Source of the DNA: a bacterium
GTDB taxonomy: Bacteria; UBA8248
Reading direction: 5' to 3'
Assembly (NCBI GenBank): GCA_965199855.1
Contig: OZ241326.1
Span: forward strand, 1,184,001 to 1,248,000
Length of the DNA stretch: 64,000 nucleotides
A program made the translations under genes and the position numbers. Shown in pieces: positions 18,278-28,276 of this stretch. Numbering within the stretch: position 1 is the first letter of the stretch; each line of letters opens with the position of its first letter. Below the pieces are notes generated by a model, which saw nothing but the letters and a program-made list of their open reading frames with translations, was not told where the DNA came from and did no database searches.

Positions 18278-19540
18278 TCATCGGTTCCATTCCAGCAGAT
18301 GGTGGTTCTTCTTTCCCTTTCGGAGCAGGACGTAGCGGCCGAACAGGAGGTCGTCAGCGGTCAGGACGCTTTGCTCACCGGCGACCTGATTGTTCGCGGA
18401 AATGCCGCCGCCTCGCAGGTCGTTTCGCGCCATGGACTTCGACCTGGAGAGACCGGTCGCCACGAGCGCCTCCACGAGCGGATAGGGCAGCCGCTCCGAC
18501 GTCCGGGTCGCCGGCATTTCCGCCGCCGCCGCGAGCAGGTCGCTTTCCTCGATGCCGTCCAGCCCGGCGCCGAAGAGAATCCCGGCGGCGCGCTCCGCGC
18601 TCCGCGCCGCGCTTTCGCCGTGGACGAGCGTCGTCAGCTCCCTTGCGAGGCGCCGCTGCCCTTCCCGCTTCTCCGGGGAGGCGAGGTGATCCTTCTCTAT
18701 CGCCTCAATCTCCTCGAGCGGCAGAAAGGTGAAGTATCTCAGAAATCGGCCGACGTCCCGGTCGTCCGTCTGAATCCAGTATTGCGAGAACCGGTAGGGG
18801 CTGGTTCGCTTCGGGTCGAGCCAGACGCTTCCTTCCTGCGTTTTGCCGAATTTTCTGCCGTCGGAAGCCGTGATGAGCGGAAAGGTCAGCCCATGGGCGG
18901 GCTTTCCGTGAACCCGCCGGATCAGCTCGATGCCCGCCGTGATGTTGCCCCACTGGTCGGAGCCGCCGATTTGCAGGGCGCAGCTCTCCTTCTCGAACAG
19001 GTGGAGAAAGTCGTATGCCTGAAGCGCCATGTAGCTGAACTCGGTGTAGGAGATGCCCGCGCCGGCGACGCGGGACTTCACGGATTCCTTCGCCATCATG
19101 TAGCCGATGGAGAAGTGCTTGCCCACGTCGCGGAAGAAGTCGATGAGGCGAATCCCGTTCAGCCATTCCGCGTTGTTCGCCATGAGCGCGGCGTTCGACC
19201 CCCCCCGGAAATCCAGGAACCGCCCGAGCTGGCGCCTGATTCCCGCGAGGTTGCGCTCCAGCGCCTCCGCGCCCAGCAGGCTCCTTTCTTCGGATTTGCC
19301 CGAGGGGTCGCCTATCATTCCCGTCCCGCCGCCGACGAGGGCGATGGGCCGGTGCCCCGCGCGCTGGAAGCGCATGAGTCCCGTTATCGGAATCAGGCTT
19401 CCGACGTGCAGGCTGTCGGACGTGGGGTCGAAGCCGCAATAGACGCTCGCGCCTCCCTTCCCGAGGGCGCGCGAGATTTCGGCCCGATCCGTGTGGTCGT
19501 GGACGAGGCCCCGGGCTTTCAGTTCATCGAACAGGTTCAC
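18278..19540 (-). CDS. tyrS: Tyrosine--tRNA ligase
   Basis: YCGFDPTSDSLHVG, QIGGSDQWGNI, KFGKT, C-terminal S4-like RKGKK. Confidence 0.97.
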   Translation of the reverse strand: MNLFDELKARGLVHDHTDRAEISRALGKGGASVYCGFDPTSDSLHVGSLIPITGLMRFQRAGHRPIALVGGGTGMIGDPSGKSEERSLLGAEALERNLAGIRRQLGRFLDFRGGSNAALMANNAEWLNGIRLIDFFRDVGKHFSIGYMMAKESVKSRVAGAGISYTEFSYMALQAYDFLHLFEKESCALQIGGSDQWGNITAGIELIRRVHGKPAHGLTFPLITASDGRKFGKTQEGSVWLDPKRTSPYRFSQYWIQTDDRDVGRFLRYFTFLPLEEIEAIEKDHLASPEKREGQRRLARELTTLVHGESAARSAERAAGILFGAGLDGIEESDLLAAAAEMPATRTSERLPYPLVEALVATGLSRSKSMARNDLRGGGISANNQVAGEQSVLTADDLLFGRYVLLRKGKKNHHLLEWNR

Positions 19541-19698
19541 GGACGCTCTCCGCGGCGCTTCCCTTGCGGCGCGAGACGGCCGGGGGATGATTCCCCGCGG
19601 GCGAATGCCGCCTCGCGGCCGATATTGTATCGTATCCGTCCATATCAGGGCAGGGGGGGGCGCCGAAAGCGGGCTCCCCCGTTTTCGGGAAAGGCGGG

Positions 19699-20445
19699 AT
19701 GGGGATTCGCTTCGATTTCCGGGGGAGGAAGGTGATTCTGACCGGGGCCGCTGGGGACGCGGGCCGCGCCCTCGTCCGCGCGTTTCTGAACGCCGGGGCG
19801 CGGATCGCCGCCACGGGCCGCAGCCCGGAAAAACTGCGCCTCCTCGAAGGCCCCGCGGAGAGGATGAAGAGAATCCCCTGCGATCTGGAGAATCCCGACG
19901 CGGCGAGAGCCATGACGGGAGAGGCGATCGCCTGGCTGGGCGGATGCGACGTTTTCGTTCACGCGGCGGCGGACATGCTGGTGAAGGACCCTCTCGCGCT
20001 CGATGCGTCCGACTGGCGGCGCGCGCTTCGCGTGAACCTGCTGGCGCCTTATTTCTGCATCCGGGAGGCGGCGCCGGCCCTGAAGCGTTCCGCGGCGGGG
20101 CGAATCATCCTGTATGGCTCGGGCGCCGGAAAATCGGGAGGGCTGGGGCGCAACCTCGCCTACGGGGCGGCGAAGGGCGGCGTTCTCGCCATGACCTTCA
20201 GCCTCGCCCGCGAACTGGCGAGGACGAGGGTGACGGTCAACTGCCTGGTTCCCGGCCCGATGGAGGGTCGCCTGATGCGGGAGTTCGGCCCGGAGCTGTA
20301 TGCGAAGGCGCTGGCGAAGCACCCGATGGGGAGGTTCGCCAGCGCCCGTGAACTGGCGCAGGCCGCCCTGTTTCTGGCGAGCGAGGAGGCCGCGCACATC
20401 ACGGGAGAGGCGCTCGACGTGAACGGCGGGTATTTTACCGACTAG
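19699..20445 (+). CDS. SDR family oxidoreductase
   Basis: TGAAGDAG, YGAAKGG, ITGEALDVNGG. Confidence 0.88.
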   Translation: MGIRFDFRGRKVILTGAAGDAGRALVRAFLNAGARIAATGRSPEKLRLLEGPAERMKRIPCDLENPDAARAMTGEAIAWLGGCDVFVHAAADMLVKDPLALDASDWRRALRVNLLAPYFCIREAAPALKRSAAGRIILYGSGAGKSGGLGRNLAYGAAKGGVLAMTFSLARELARTRVTVNCLVPGPMEGRLMREFGPELYAKALAKHPMGRFASARELAQAALFLASEEAAHITGEALDVNGGYFTD

Positions 20446-20549
20446 GGAGCGCCCGCCCGCCGGAGGCGGGGAGCGCGGGGCCGCGCGATTCGTGATACGC
20501 TTCGCGGGTCGTTCCGACGGGAAGCCGTCCCGAGGAAGGAGTTGCGCCG

Positions 20550-20885
20550 ATGAACGTCCCGGAACTCGCGGCCCGATTTCCCGAAATACCCGAGGATTTG
20601 CGCGGCGAGGAGGCGCTGGCGCGCTTCGCCGCGGCTTTCGACGGGCCTCTCTCCATCGCCCGAAAGCCCTCCGCGTGCTCCGTGGAGTATGACGCCGGAA
20701 ACCACTACTACATGAAGCTCGTCAATCCGATGGGCATCTATCGCCTGGGGTTGATGAAGCGCGAGGCGCTGCTCTCGCAAATCGCCGACCTGGCGGAGAA
20801 GCAGGAGGCGGACGCGAACTTCGCCGAAACGCTCATCCCCGCCGACGCCGCGGCGCGAGAAGCGAGAGGCCCCGGCTGCGGATAG
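20550..20885 (+). CDS. Hypothetical protein
   Basis: AAGGAG RBS, host-like codon usage. Confidence 0.7.
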   Translation: MNVPELAARFPEIPEDLRGEEALARFAAAFDGPLSIARKPSACSVEYDAGNHYYMKLVNPMGIYRLGLMKREALLSQIADLAEKQEADANFAETLIPADAAAREARGPGCG

Positions 20886-20976
20886 GCGCCTCGCGCGGGA
20901 AATCCCCTCGCCCTTTGGGAGGCGGGGAAGGTTTTCCCGGGCGGCCGGCACCGCTTCCCGATGCGGATTCGCTTTT

Positions 20977-21900
20977 ATGAAGAATGCTCTCCGGGTGGTT
21001 CTCCTCGGCGCGTTCGCCCGAAAATTCCTCGCCGCGCCGGGCGAGGCGAGGGTGATCGCCTCGTTTCGCAGATGCCTGTATCTGGAGAACGCGCGCGGGC
21101 GCGTCGCGTGCGCGGGAGAGGCGTCCATCGGGCCGGGGCCCCTGAACGCGCTTTGCGAACGCGCGGGCGATGCGGATTTCAGGGAAACGGCGCCGGGGAG
21201 CCGCGCGATCATCGGGGACGGCCTCATCCGGCTGGAGACGGGCGCGGATATCGACGCCTCCCGGGCCGAGGCGTGGCGCCCCCCGCCCCTGCCCGGGGGC
21301 TGGAGCCCCGCGCGCCTGGGGCGCAGTCTCGCGCTTCTCGCCGAATGGACGGGAGAGGGCGGCCGCCGCGAGGGTCTGGCCCCGCTCGTTCCGCGCATCG
21401 CGGGCGGCGCGGAGGCTTCGGGCGGGGGCGCTTTGGCTGAAATGGCCCGCAGGGGCGTAGATGAACTGGGAGCCTGGCTGTCGGACGCCCTGAGCGGGGA
21501 GCGGACGCCCGCGTATTCCCTCGCCGGGGGTTCGCTCATCGGCCTGGGCCCCGGCCTCACGCCCTCCGGGGATGACTTCTGGTGCGGCGCGATGCTCGCG
21601 CTTCGCGCTCTGGGGCGTCTCGACGTTCTGGCGAAAATTTCGGCTCCCCTTCTGGGCGCGGCGAAGGCGCGGACGAACGCGATCAGCCGCGCGCATCTGG
21701 CCTGCGCGGCCGCGGGGCAGGGGGCGGAGGCGCTGCGCGAGGCGATTTCGGCGATGGGGATGGCGGACGCGGCGCGTCTGCGCTCCGCCCTGCGCGCCCT
21801 GGAGGACGTAGGGAGCTCGTCGGGCCTGGACGCCCTGGCCGGCGCGGCCTGCGTTTTCGCGAGAGCGGCGGCGCGGGAGGCGCGCCCTGTCCGCGCGTGA
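20977..21900 (+). CDS. DUF2877 family protein (YahE/YlbF-like)
   Basis: LIGLGPGLTPSGDDF and VGSSSG.D motifs. Confidence 0.8.
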   Translation: MKNALRVVLLGAFARKFLAAPGEARVIASFRRCLYLENARGRVACAGEASIGPGPLNALCERAGDADFRETAPGSRAIIGDGLIRLETGADIDASRAEAWRPPPLPGGWSPARLGRSLALLAEWTGEGGRREGLAPLVPRIAGGAEASGGGALAEMARRGVDELGAWLSDALSGERTPAYSLAGGSLIGLGPGLTPSGDDFWCGAMLALRALGRLDVLAKISAPLLGAAKARTNAISRAHLACAAAGQGAEALREAISAMGMADAARLRSALRALEDVGSSSGLDALAGAACVFARAAAREARPVRA

Positions 21901-21919
21901 ATTTCCGGGAGGACGGCGA

Positions 21920-22798
21920 ATGAGCAGGGTGGCGGTGGTGGGCGTCGGCGCCATCGGCGGCGTCTTCGGAGTCCGGCTGTGCCGCTCGGCGGCGCACGAG
22001 GTGACGCTCTGCGCGCGCGAGCCCATCGAGAGGCTCGTCGTGGAGACGCCGGCGGGCGTCCTCGAGGCGGACGTCAGGTGCGCGACCGACCCCGGCGAGG
22101 TGGATCCCGTCGACTGCGTCCTGCTGGCGGTGAAGGCGCACCAGACGAAGGACGCGGCGCCCTGGCTCGCGGCGCTCGTCGGGGCCGATACCGTCGTCGC
22201 CGTCCTGCAGAACGGCGTGGAGCACAGGGAGCGCGCGGCGCCCTGGGCGCGCGGGGCGGAGATCGCGCCGGTCGTGGTGAACTGCCCGGCGGACAGGCTC
22301 GCGCCCGGGCGGGTGGCGCAGCAGGCGGGGGCGCAGCTCGTTCCCGAGGAGGGGCGGGGCGGGCGGCTCCTGGCCTCTCTCTTCGAGGGGACGGACGTGC
22401 CCGTCCTGCCGACTTCCGACTTCACGACCGCCGCCTGGGGAAAGCTGTGCCTCAACGTAGGGGCGGGCCCCGCCACCGCGCTCGCGGACAGGGGCCGGGG
22501 CGTCCTGCGCGCGCCGGAGGTGGCGGAGCTTTGCCGCGTCCTCGTGAGCGAATGCGCCGCGGTGGGCCGGGCGGAGGGGGCGCGGCTGGCGGAGGACGTC
22601 GCCGAGCGCGCCATCGAGCGCCTTCAGGACGCCGAGCCGGACGCGACTACCTCCATGCTCGCCGACAGGAGGGCGGGCCGCCCGCTCGAGGCGGACGCCA
22701 TGACGGGCGCGGTCGTCCGCATCGGCGCGAGGCGCGGCGTCCCCACGCCCGTGACCCGCGCGATTCACGCCCTGCTTCGCGCCCTCAACGCGGGGTGA
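21920..22798 (+). CDS. panE: 2-dehydropantoate 2-reductase family protein
   Basis: GVGAIGG, LAVKAHQ, LQNGVEH, WGKL..N, TSMLAD..AGRPLE. Confidence 0.85.
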   Translation: MSRVAVVGVGAIGGVFGVRLCRSAAHEVTLCAREPIERLVVETPAGVLEADVRCATDPGEVDPVDCVLLAVKAHQTKDAAPWLAALVGADTVVAVLQNGVEHRERAAPWARGAEIAPVVVNCPADRLAPGRVAQQAGAQLVPEEGRGGRLLASLFEGTDVPVLPTSDFTTAAWGKLCLNVGAGPATALADRGRGVLRAPEVAELCRVLVSECAAVGRAEGARLAEDVAERAIERLQDAEPDATTSMLADRRAGRPLEADAMTGAVVRIGARRGVPTPVTRAIHALLRALNAG

Positions 22799-22854
22799 GC
22801 CCGCGTCCGCCGAGCGGGGTTTGCGAGAGGCGCGAATGCGCGATCGAACCCGGC

Positions 22855-23400
22855 GGGGAGGATTTTGTTTTTCGCAGGGGCGGTTCCCGAACCGCCCCTA
22901 CGGAATTATCGCGCCTCGCCGGCGCGCGAACCCGGCGCGGGGACAACCCCCTGCGGTTGTCCTTTGTCAAAAAACAAAATCCTGGATTGCGGCCTTCGCC
23001 GCAGTGCCGGCTATAAGGCCCCCGGATTTCGCAATTCCTCATCTTCGTCGGGATTGACGCCGGGAATGACGGCGAAAGGCCAACCTCTCATCTGATTGAA
23101 GATGCCGCTCGAACGGCGGCGAGGATTTCCCCTCCGACGGGCGCCGCCTCAAAGCCCGTCATTCCGGCGAAGGCCGGAATCCAGAACGGGGGCGGGCGGC
23201 GGGGATCCGCAGGGGCGGCCCCCTGTGGCCGCCCGTTTTCAAGAGGCATTCTCGCCGGGGGCGGCGGGTCGTTCCCGAACCGCCCTTACGGGATGGTCGC
23301 GCGTCGGCGGGAAGTGAACCCGGCGCGGGGACAACCCCCTGCGGTTGTCCCCGCAATCCGGCCCGCGTCATCGCCGACCCGCAATGGGGCGCGCCGCTTC
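22855..23400. repeat. Mosaic of intergenic palindromic repeats (GTAG-type REP, GTCATTCC..GGAATCCAG-type, GGGACAACC..GGTTGTCC-type)
   Basis: CAGGGGCGGTTCCCGAACCGCCCCTAC near 22875; GTCATTCCGGCGAAGGCCGGAATCCAG near 23158; GAACCCGGCGCGGGGACAACCCCCTGCGGTTGTCC twice (near 22928 and 23316). Confidence 0.75.
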
Positions 23401-23431
23401 TTTCAGGCGATGGGTCTCTCGCCCGGGCTCG

Positions 23432-24025
23432 TCATCGGTCGCACCCGTTATGGCGGCGCCACATATTCGCGTCGTAACCTTCGGGGACGGCGGCGCAGGG
23501 GTCGGCGTCGGCGTAGCCCCGGAGCGTGTTGTAGGCTCGTATCTGCCTCTCGGAGAGAATTTTCAGGGTTTCGAGGTGCGCGGACAGATGGACGTAGCGC
23601 AATGCGCTTCTCGCCTTGGCGATGTCGTCCAGAGACGCGCGCAACAGCGCGTCGGTGATGGTTCGACTGCGAAAGCCGCTCTCGAGGCGCCGCTCCAGCT
23701 CGATAAGCCGTTCGCCCCGGAGAACGGCCCGGCTCTTCATTCGCCGATATATCGCCTTGACGGCCGAGCGCTGGGGCTCGTCCAGGCCGACTTCCTCCTT
23801 CATCGCGAGCAGATGCAGGGGTCCCGGCGCGCCGTTCAGCTCCGCCGTCTTCGCCAGCCCCCAGCCGCCTCCGCGCCGCAATTCGTCGATGTCGTCCGCC
23901 GAGAGGCTCTTGATCGCTCGGCTCTGCTGGCCGGCGTATGGGGAGCGGTGGGGCGACGCGCCCTCGCTCGCCCGGGCCGTGAGTCCGGACAGCAGCAGGG
24001 CGAGGATCAGCAAGGCTCTCGTCAT
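23432..24025 (-). CDS. Secreted helical protein, Spy/CpxP-like uncharacterised family
   Basis: Signal peptide; SPYAGQQSR.IKSLS, GWGLAK.AELNG.PGP.H, L...Q...Y..LRGY. Confidence 0.7.
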   Translation of the reverse strand: MTRALLILALLLSGLTARASEGASPHRSPYAGQQSRAIKSLSADDIDELRRGGGWGLAKTAELNGAPGPLHLLAMKEEVGLDEPQRSAVKAIYRRMKSRAVLRGERLIELERRLESGFRSRTITDALLRASLDDIAKARSALRYVHLSAHLETLKILSERQIRAYNTLRGYADADPCAAVPEGYDANMWRRHNGCDR

Positions 24026-24194
24026 GGCGAATCTCTCCTTGATCTTGGAGGAGGGACAATCCGCTCGCGCCCGCGGGTTCCGGCTTCCGCCGGAACGGCG
24101 CGCGCGAAATTCACATCGCAGGTTTGAAGCCTGCTCGCGCTCCGAGAAGGCAAAGGGGCTCGCCCGCGCGGCGGGAGTCGGACCAAGGCTTTTC

Positions 24195-24845
24195 TCACTC
24201 CCATTTTCTTCGCATCATCTTCACGAGCTCGGCGCCCGATTCGCCCGCCTCGAACCTGCGGGTGAACTCCTCCTCGACCTCCATGACGATTCGCGTTCGC
24301 TCGCGGACGGCTTCGGCCTTCTCCTTCGGAACGACGGCCACGCCGTCCGCGTCGGCGACCACGATGTCCCCCGGCGCGACGCGCGCGCCGCCGCACCGGA
24401 CGGCGACGCCGCGCTCGGCGAGAACGAGGCGCTTCGAGTAGGGCAGGGGCCTGACGCCGCCGCACCACACGGGCAGCCCGAGCGCGCGGATTTCCAGGGC
24501 GTCGCGCGCCTTCGCGTCCGTGACGACGCCCGCCGCCCCGCGCCGATGGATGACGCGCGCCCCGTTCGCCCCGAGGACGGCCATTTCGCTCCCCTGGGCG
24601 GCCAGCACGACGAACCTGCCCGGAGGCGTCTCCTCGTGCGCTCCGTAGAGGCTCACGCGGGAGGAGTCCGCCTCGCCGCGCGCGGGGGCGAAGAGCATGG
24701 TGGCCGCCGGCGCCGCGACCCGACCCTCCGGGAAGGGCGCGAGGGGGGCTACGTCCCGCATGATCAGGTCGAGGCCCAAATGGACGGCCGCGTCCGCGAT
24801 GGCGGTCGTCGGCGCGCGCGAGAAGAAGGACAACTCGTCTTCCAT
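24195..24845 (-). CDS. RraA/HMG aldolase family protein
   Basis: GAAGVVTDAKARD, V.PGDIVVADADGVAVVP. Confidence 0.88.
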   Translation of the reverse strand: MEDELSFFSRAPTTAIADAAVHLGLDLIMRDVAPLAPFPEGRVAAPAATMLFAPARGEADSSRVSLYGAHEETPPGRFVVLAAQGSEMAVLGANGARVIHRRGAAGVVTDAKARDALEIRALGLPVWCGGVRPLPYSKRLVLAERGVAVRCGGARVAPGDIVVADADGVAVVPKEKAEAVRERTRIVMEVEEEFTRRFEAGESGAELVKMMRRKWE

Positions 24846-24974
24846 CGTCTTCTCCGTCGAACGGGTGCCGGGGCGGACGCCTCCGTGGAAAGCGCGGATT
24901 TTCTTGCCCTGTGTCCTTCCTTGTCAACGAGAAAAACCGACCCCGGAACCGGGGGTCGCCATTCATCGGTTTCT

Positions 24975-25150
24975 GAAGGGGACGACCACGGGGGTTGTCC
25001 CTGCAATCCGCCCCGCGTCATCGCCAACCCGCAAACGGGGCGCAAGAATGCGCCCCCTGCGGGCGAGGCGGCAACGGTTTCGTAGGGGACGCATTCATGG
25101 CCCCGCGTTTTCCCGTCAATGGAACGCGGGCGGTTCGGAAATTGCCCGCC
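24975..25150. repeat. REP-like composite repeat
   Basis: Matches the segments at 23328-23392 and 3800-3895. Confidence 0.65.
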
Positions 25151-25174
25151 GGCGCCTTCCTGCCCCCGCGGTCG

Positions 25175-25759
25175 TCAGGGCTTCCAGGCTTCGGGCGGAT
25201 CAGCGGCGTCGCGGGCGTGGCCGTCCCGCGCGAGGCGATCCCGGAACCAGGCCTCGTTCACCCGGTTCGTCCAGGGGTCCATGACGGCGAGGTCGCAGAA
25301 AATCTCGATGCAGTTGCCGGACGGATCCGCCACGTAGAGGGCGTTGTTCTCCCCCCAGAAGCCGTCGCCCTCGGGATGGGTGGGGCTGTGGATGGAGGGT
25401 CCCCAGAAGATTTCGACTCCCTCCGCCTCGAACCAGGCGGCCCACGCTTCGAGCCGCGTCCTGTCCTCCACCTGGAGCGCGACGTGGTGCAGGCCCGTTC
25501 GCAGGGTGTCGAAGGAGCGGCCCTCGGGCGGGGGCGGGCCCTCCCCTTCCGGCCAGAAGACGAGGTTCAGGTCGTGGTGCAGCTCCGTGCAGCGCATGAA
25601 GCACAGGCCGAAGGGGAAGTCCCCCACCGTGCCCGGCGGGTAGATTTCCGAGATGGTGAAGCCCAGCTTGTTCACGTAAAAATCCTTCGCCGCCTCGATG
25701 TCGTGGACTTTCAGGGCGGCGTGCTGGAGCCGCATGGCGCCTTCGGGTGGCTTCGGCAT
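25175..25759 (-). CDS. VOC/glyoxalase family protein (extradiol dioxygenase-like domain)
   Basis: LQHAALKV, HHDL, GLHHVAL, YVADPSGNCIE; ATG at 25759. Confidence 0.85.
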   Translation of the reverse strand: MPKPPEGAMRLQHAALKVHDIEAAKDFYVNKLGFTISEIYPPGTVGDFPFGLCFMRCTELHHDLNLVFWPEGEGPPPPEGRSFDTLRTGLHHVALQVEDRTRLEAWAAWFEAEGVEIFWGPSIHSPTHPEGDGFWGENNALYVADPSGNCIEIFCDLAVMDPWTNRVNEAWFRDRLARDGHARDAADPPEAWKP

Positions 25760-25842
25760 GGGAGTTCTCCTTCCGTGCTGTGGAATTTTCGCTGAAATCC
25801 GGCGAATCGCCCGCGGCTTCTCGCCTTCGCGCGCCTGAAATT

Positions 25843-26982
25843 TTATGGCTCGACGATCGTCCAGCCCTCGCGCCCCAGATCGCCCAGACCCTCGCAGCCC
25901 TCCTCCGTGACGGCGACGGCGTCCTCTATCTTCACGTGGCCCGCCTCCGGGCGGCGGACGTCGCACTCCACGGAAACCACCATGCCCGCCTCGAGGGCGC
26001 GCTCCTCCCCGGGGCCGAAGCGCGGCAGCTCCTGCTGCACCATGCCGATGCCGTGAACCTCGAAGACGCCCGAATCGGCGAAGCCCGTCTCCCGGAACGC
26101 CTCGATCCCCCGCTCGCGGACGGCGGCGCAGCGCGCCCCGGCGCGGATGGCGCCCCGGCAGGCGTCCACGGCGCGCAGGCACGCCCCTCTCATCTCCTCG
26201 GCCAGAGGGGAAGGCTCGCCCCGCGCGCCCATGCGGCAGATGTCCGCCACGTAGCCCGCCTCGGAGCCGCCCGCGTCGATGTGGAGGATTTCGCCCCGCT
26301 CCCAGACCTTCGCGGAGGGCTCGCGCCTCATGCCCGGCCCGGCGGCCGTGAAGGCGTAGTGGAAATGAAGCCCGCGGCGGGCCATCTCCTCCTCGACCTT
26401 GCGGGCGATCTCGCGGGTCGAGGCGCCTCCCGCCCCGGCCCGAAAGCCCGCCTGGATGGCCTCGGCGTCCGCGCGGGCGGCGCGGCGGAAGACGGCCAGC
26501 TCCTCCTCGCGCTTCACGGCGCGCAGCTCCTCGAGAATTTCGAGGGAATCGACGAAGCGCGCCCCGGGCAGCGCGGCCGCGAGCGCCTCCATGGCGTCCA
26601 CGGGCAAAAACGCGCGCTCGACGGCGATGACGCCCCGCTCCAGCCCCCGCTTCCTGATCGCGCGGGCCGCCTCCCGCGCCGCGCCGACCGTCCCCCGCGC
26701 CTTCGCGTAGATGACCTCCGGCACCCAGGCGTCCACTTCGTTGCGGGGAGGCGCCTCGACGCGCCACGCCACCTGAAAGGCGTCCTCGGCGCGCCTTCGG
26801 GGGACGCCGACGAAGGGGAGATACTGGCTCGGCCCGATGGCGGCGACGCGCTCGCGGAAGTGAAAGTAGTAGCCTCCCGTCAGATAGCGGACGTTGTGGG
26901 GGGTGTGCGCGAGCGCGAGATCGACGCCCGCCTCCTCCATGAGACGGTCGAGCTTCTCCTCATCGTAGGGGGGACGCCTCAT
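25843..26982 (-). CDS. M24 (Xaa-Pro) peptidase family protein, paralog 2
   Basis: LRAVKREEE, HIDAGG, ADICR, HGIG, VECD, KIEDAV. Confidence 0.88.
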   Translation of the reverse strand: MRRPPYDEEKLDRLMEEAGVDLALAHTPHNVRYLTGGYYFHFRERVAAIGPSQYLPFVGVPRRRAEDAFQVAWRVEAPPRNEVDAWVPEVIYAKARGTVGAAREAARAIRKRGLERGVIAVERAFLPVDAMEALAAALPGARFVDSLEILEELRAVKREEELAVFRRAARADAEAIQAGFRAGAGGASTREIARKVEEEMARRGLHFHYAFTAAGPGMRREPSAKVWERGEILHIDAGGSEAGYVADICRMGARGEPSPLAEEMRGACLRAVDACRGAIRAGARCAAVRERGIEAFRETGFADSGVFEVHGIGMVQQELPRFGPGEERALEAGMVVSVECDVRRPEAGHVKIEDAVAVTEEGCEGLGDLGREGWTIVEP

Positions 26983-28115
26983 TATTCCGGGGCCGCCGCC
27001 CAGCCCTCGCGCCCCAGATCGCCCAGCCCCTCGCAGCCCTCCGCCGTCACCGCCACGGCGTCCTCCACCTTGACGTAGCCGACCTCGGGATGGCGGATGT
27101 CGGTCTCGATCGAGACCACCATGCCCTCTTCGAGCCTGCGCGCCGCGCCCGGGCCGAAGCGGGGCTGCTCGTGCGAGACCATGCCGATGCCGTGGATGAT
27201 GAAGTTGCCGCGCTCCCCGTGCCCGGAGCCCTTGAGGCAGCGCCAGCCCGCCTCGTAGACGTCGCCGCAGACGGTGCCGGGGCGTATCGCGCTCCGCACG
27301 CGATCCTGGGTTTCGAGGCAGGCGCGGTAGAGCTCGTCCGCGAGGGCGGAGGGTTCGCCCCGCGAGCCCATCCGGCAGATGTCGGTCACGTAGTCCGCCT
27401 CGGCGCCGCCCGCGTCGAGGTGCAGCACCTCGCCCTTCTCCCATACCTTCTCAGAGGGGGCGCGGAGCATCCCCGGGCCCGCGGCCGCGAACGCCCACAG
27501 GAAGTGCAGCCCCCTCTCCGTCATGCCCCGCTCGACGGCGCGGGCCACCTCCCGCGTGGTCGCTCCGGGCCGCGCCGTCTCGAACGCCTCGCGGATGGCC
27601 TCGGCGTCCGCCCGCGAGATGCGGCGGTAGCGCTCGATCTCGGCGGGCGTCTTGACGGCGCGCAGCTCCTCCAGGATGGGGAGCGCCTCGGCGAGCCTCG
27701 CGTTCGGGAGCTCGCGCGCGAGCGCGTCGCGCGCCGCGGCGGGCAGGAAGTTGTTCTCGATGGCGATGACGCCGCCGCCCAGCCCCCGCGCCGCGATGGC
27801 GCGCGCGGCGTCCGCCGCCGCCTCCGCCGGATGCCTGCCCGAGGGGATGAGCTCGGGAATCCAGAGGTTCTCCTCCCGCGCCTGGCCGACCTCTCCGCTC
27901 CCGCCGACGAGGAAGGATTCTTCCGCCTTCCCGCGCGGGACGCCCGCCAGCGCCATGTAGCGGCCCTCTCCCATGGCCGTGAATCTTTCGTGAAAATGAA
28001 AATAGTAGCCGCCGCAGAGGTAGCGGACGTTCTCGCGCGCGCTGGCGAGAACGACGTCCACGCCCGCTTCCTCCATGAGGCGGTCGAGCTTCTCGCCGTC
28101 GTAGGGTGGCTTCAT
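26982..28115 (-). CDS. M24 (Xaa-Pro) peptidase family protein, paralog 1
   Basis: LRAVKTPAE, HLDAGG, TDICR, HGIGMVSHEQP, KVEDAV. Confidence 0.88.
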   Translation of the reverse strand: MKPPYDGEKLDRLMEEAGVDVVLASARENVRYLCGGYYFHFHERFTAMGEGRYMALAGVPRGKAEESFLVGGSGEVGQAREENLWIPELIPSGRHPAEAAADAARAIAARGLGGGVIAIENNFLPAAARDALARELPNARLAEALPILEELRAVKTPAEIERYRRISRADAEAIREAFETARPGATTREVARAVERGMTERGLHFLWAFAAAGPGMLRAPSEKVWEKGEVLHLDAGGAEADYVTDICRMGSRGEPSALADELYRACLETQDRVRSAIRPGTVCGDVYEAGWRCLKGSGHGERGNFIIHGIGMVSHEQPRFGPGAARRLEEGMVVSIETDIRHPEVGYVKVEDAVAVTAEGCEGLGDLGREGWAAAPE

Positions 28116-28276
28116 GGATGAATCCTCCATCTTGACTTTTCAGAGGGCGTTGTCCGCGGCGGCGCGTCGCCGTCTTCGGTTCTCGCGATCCTCGCTCAGG
28201 AAGCGCGCGGCGGCAAACCCGCGGCGAGCGCCGCCCCTCGCCGGAATTCGGAGGGGGCGACGCGCCGCATTCGCCG

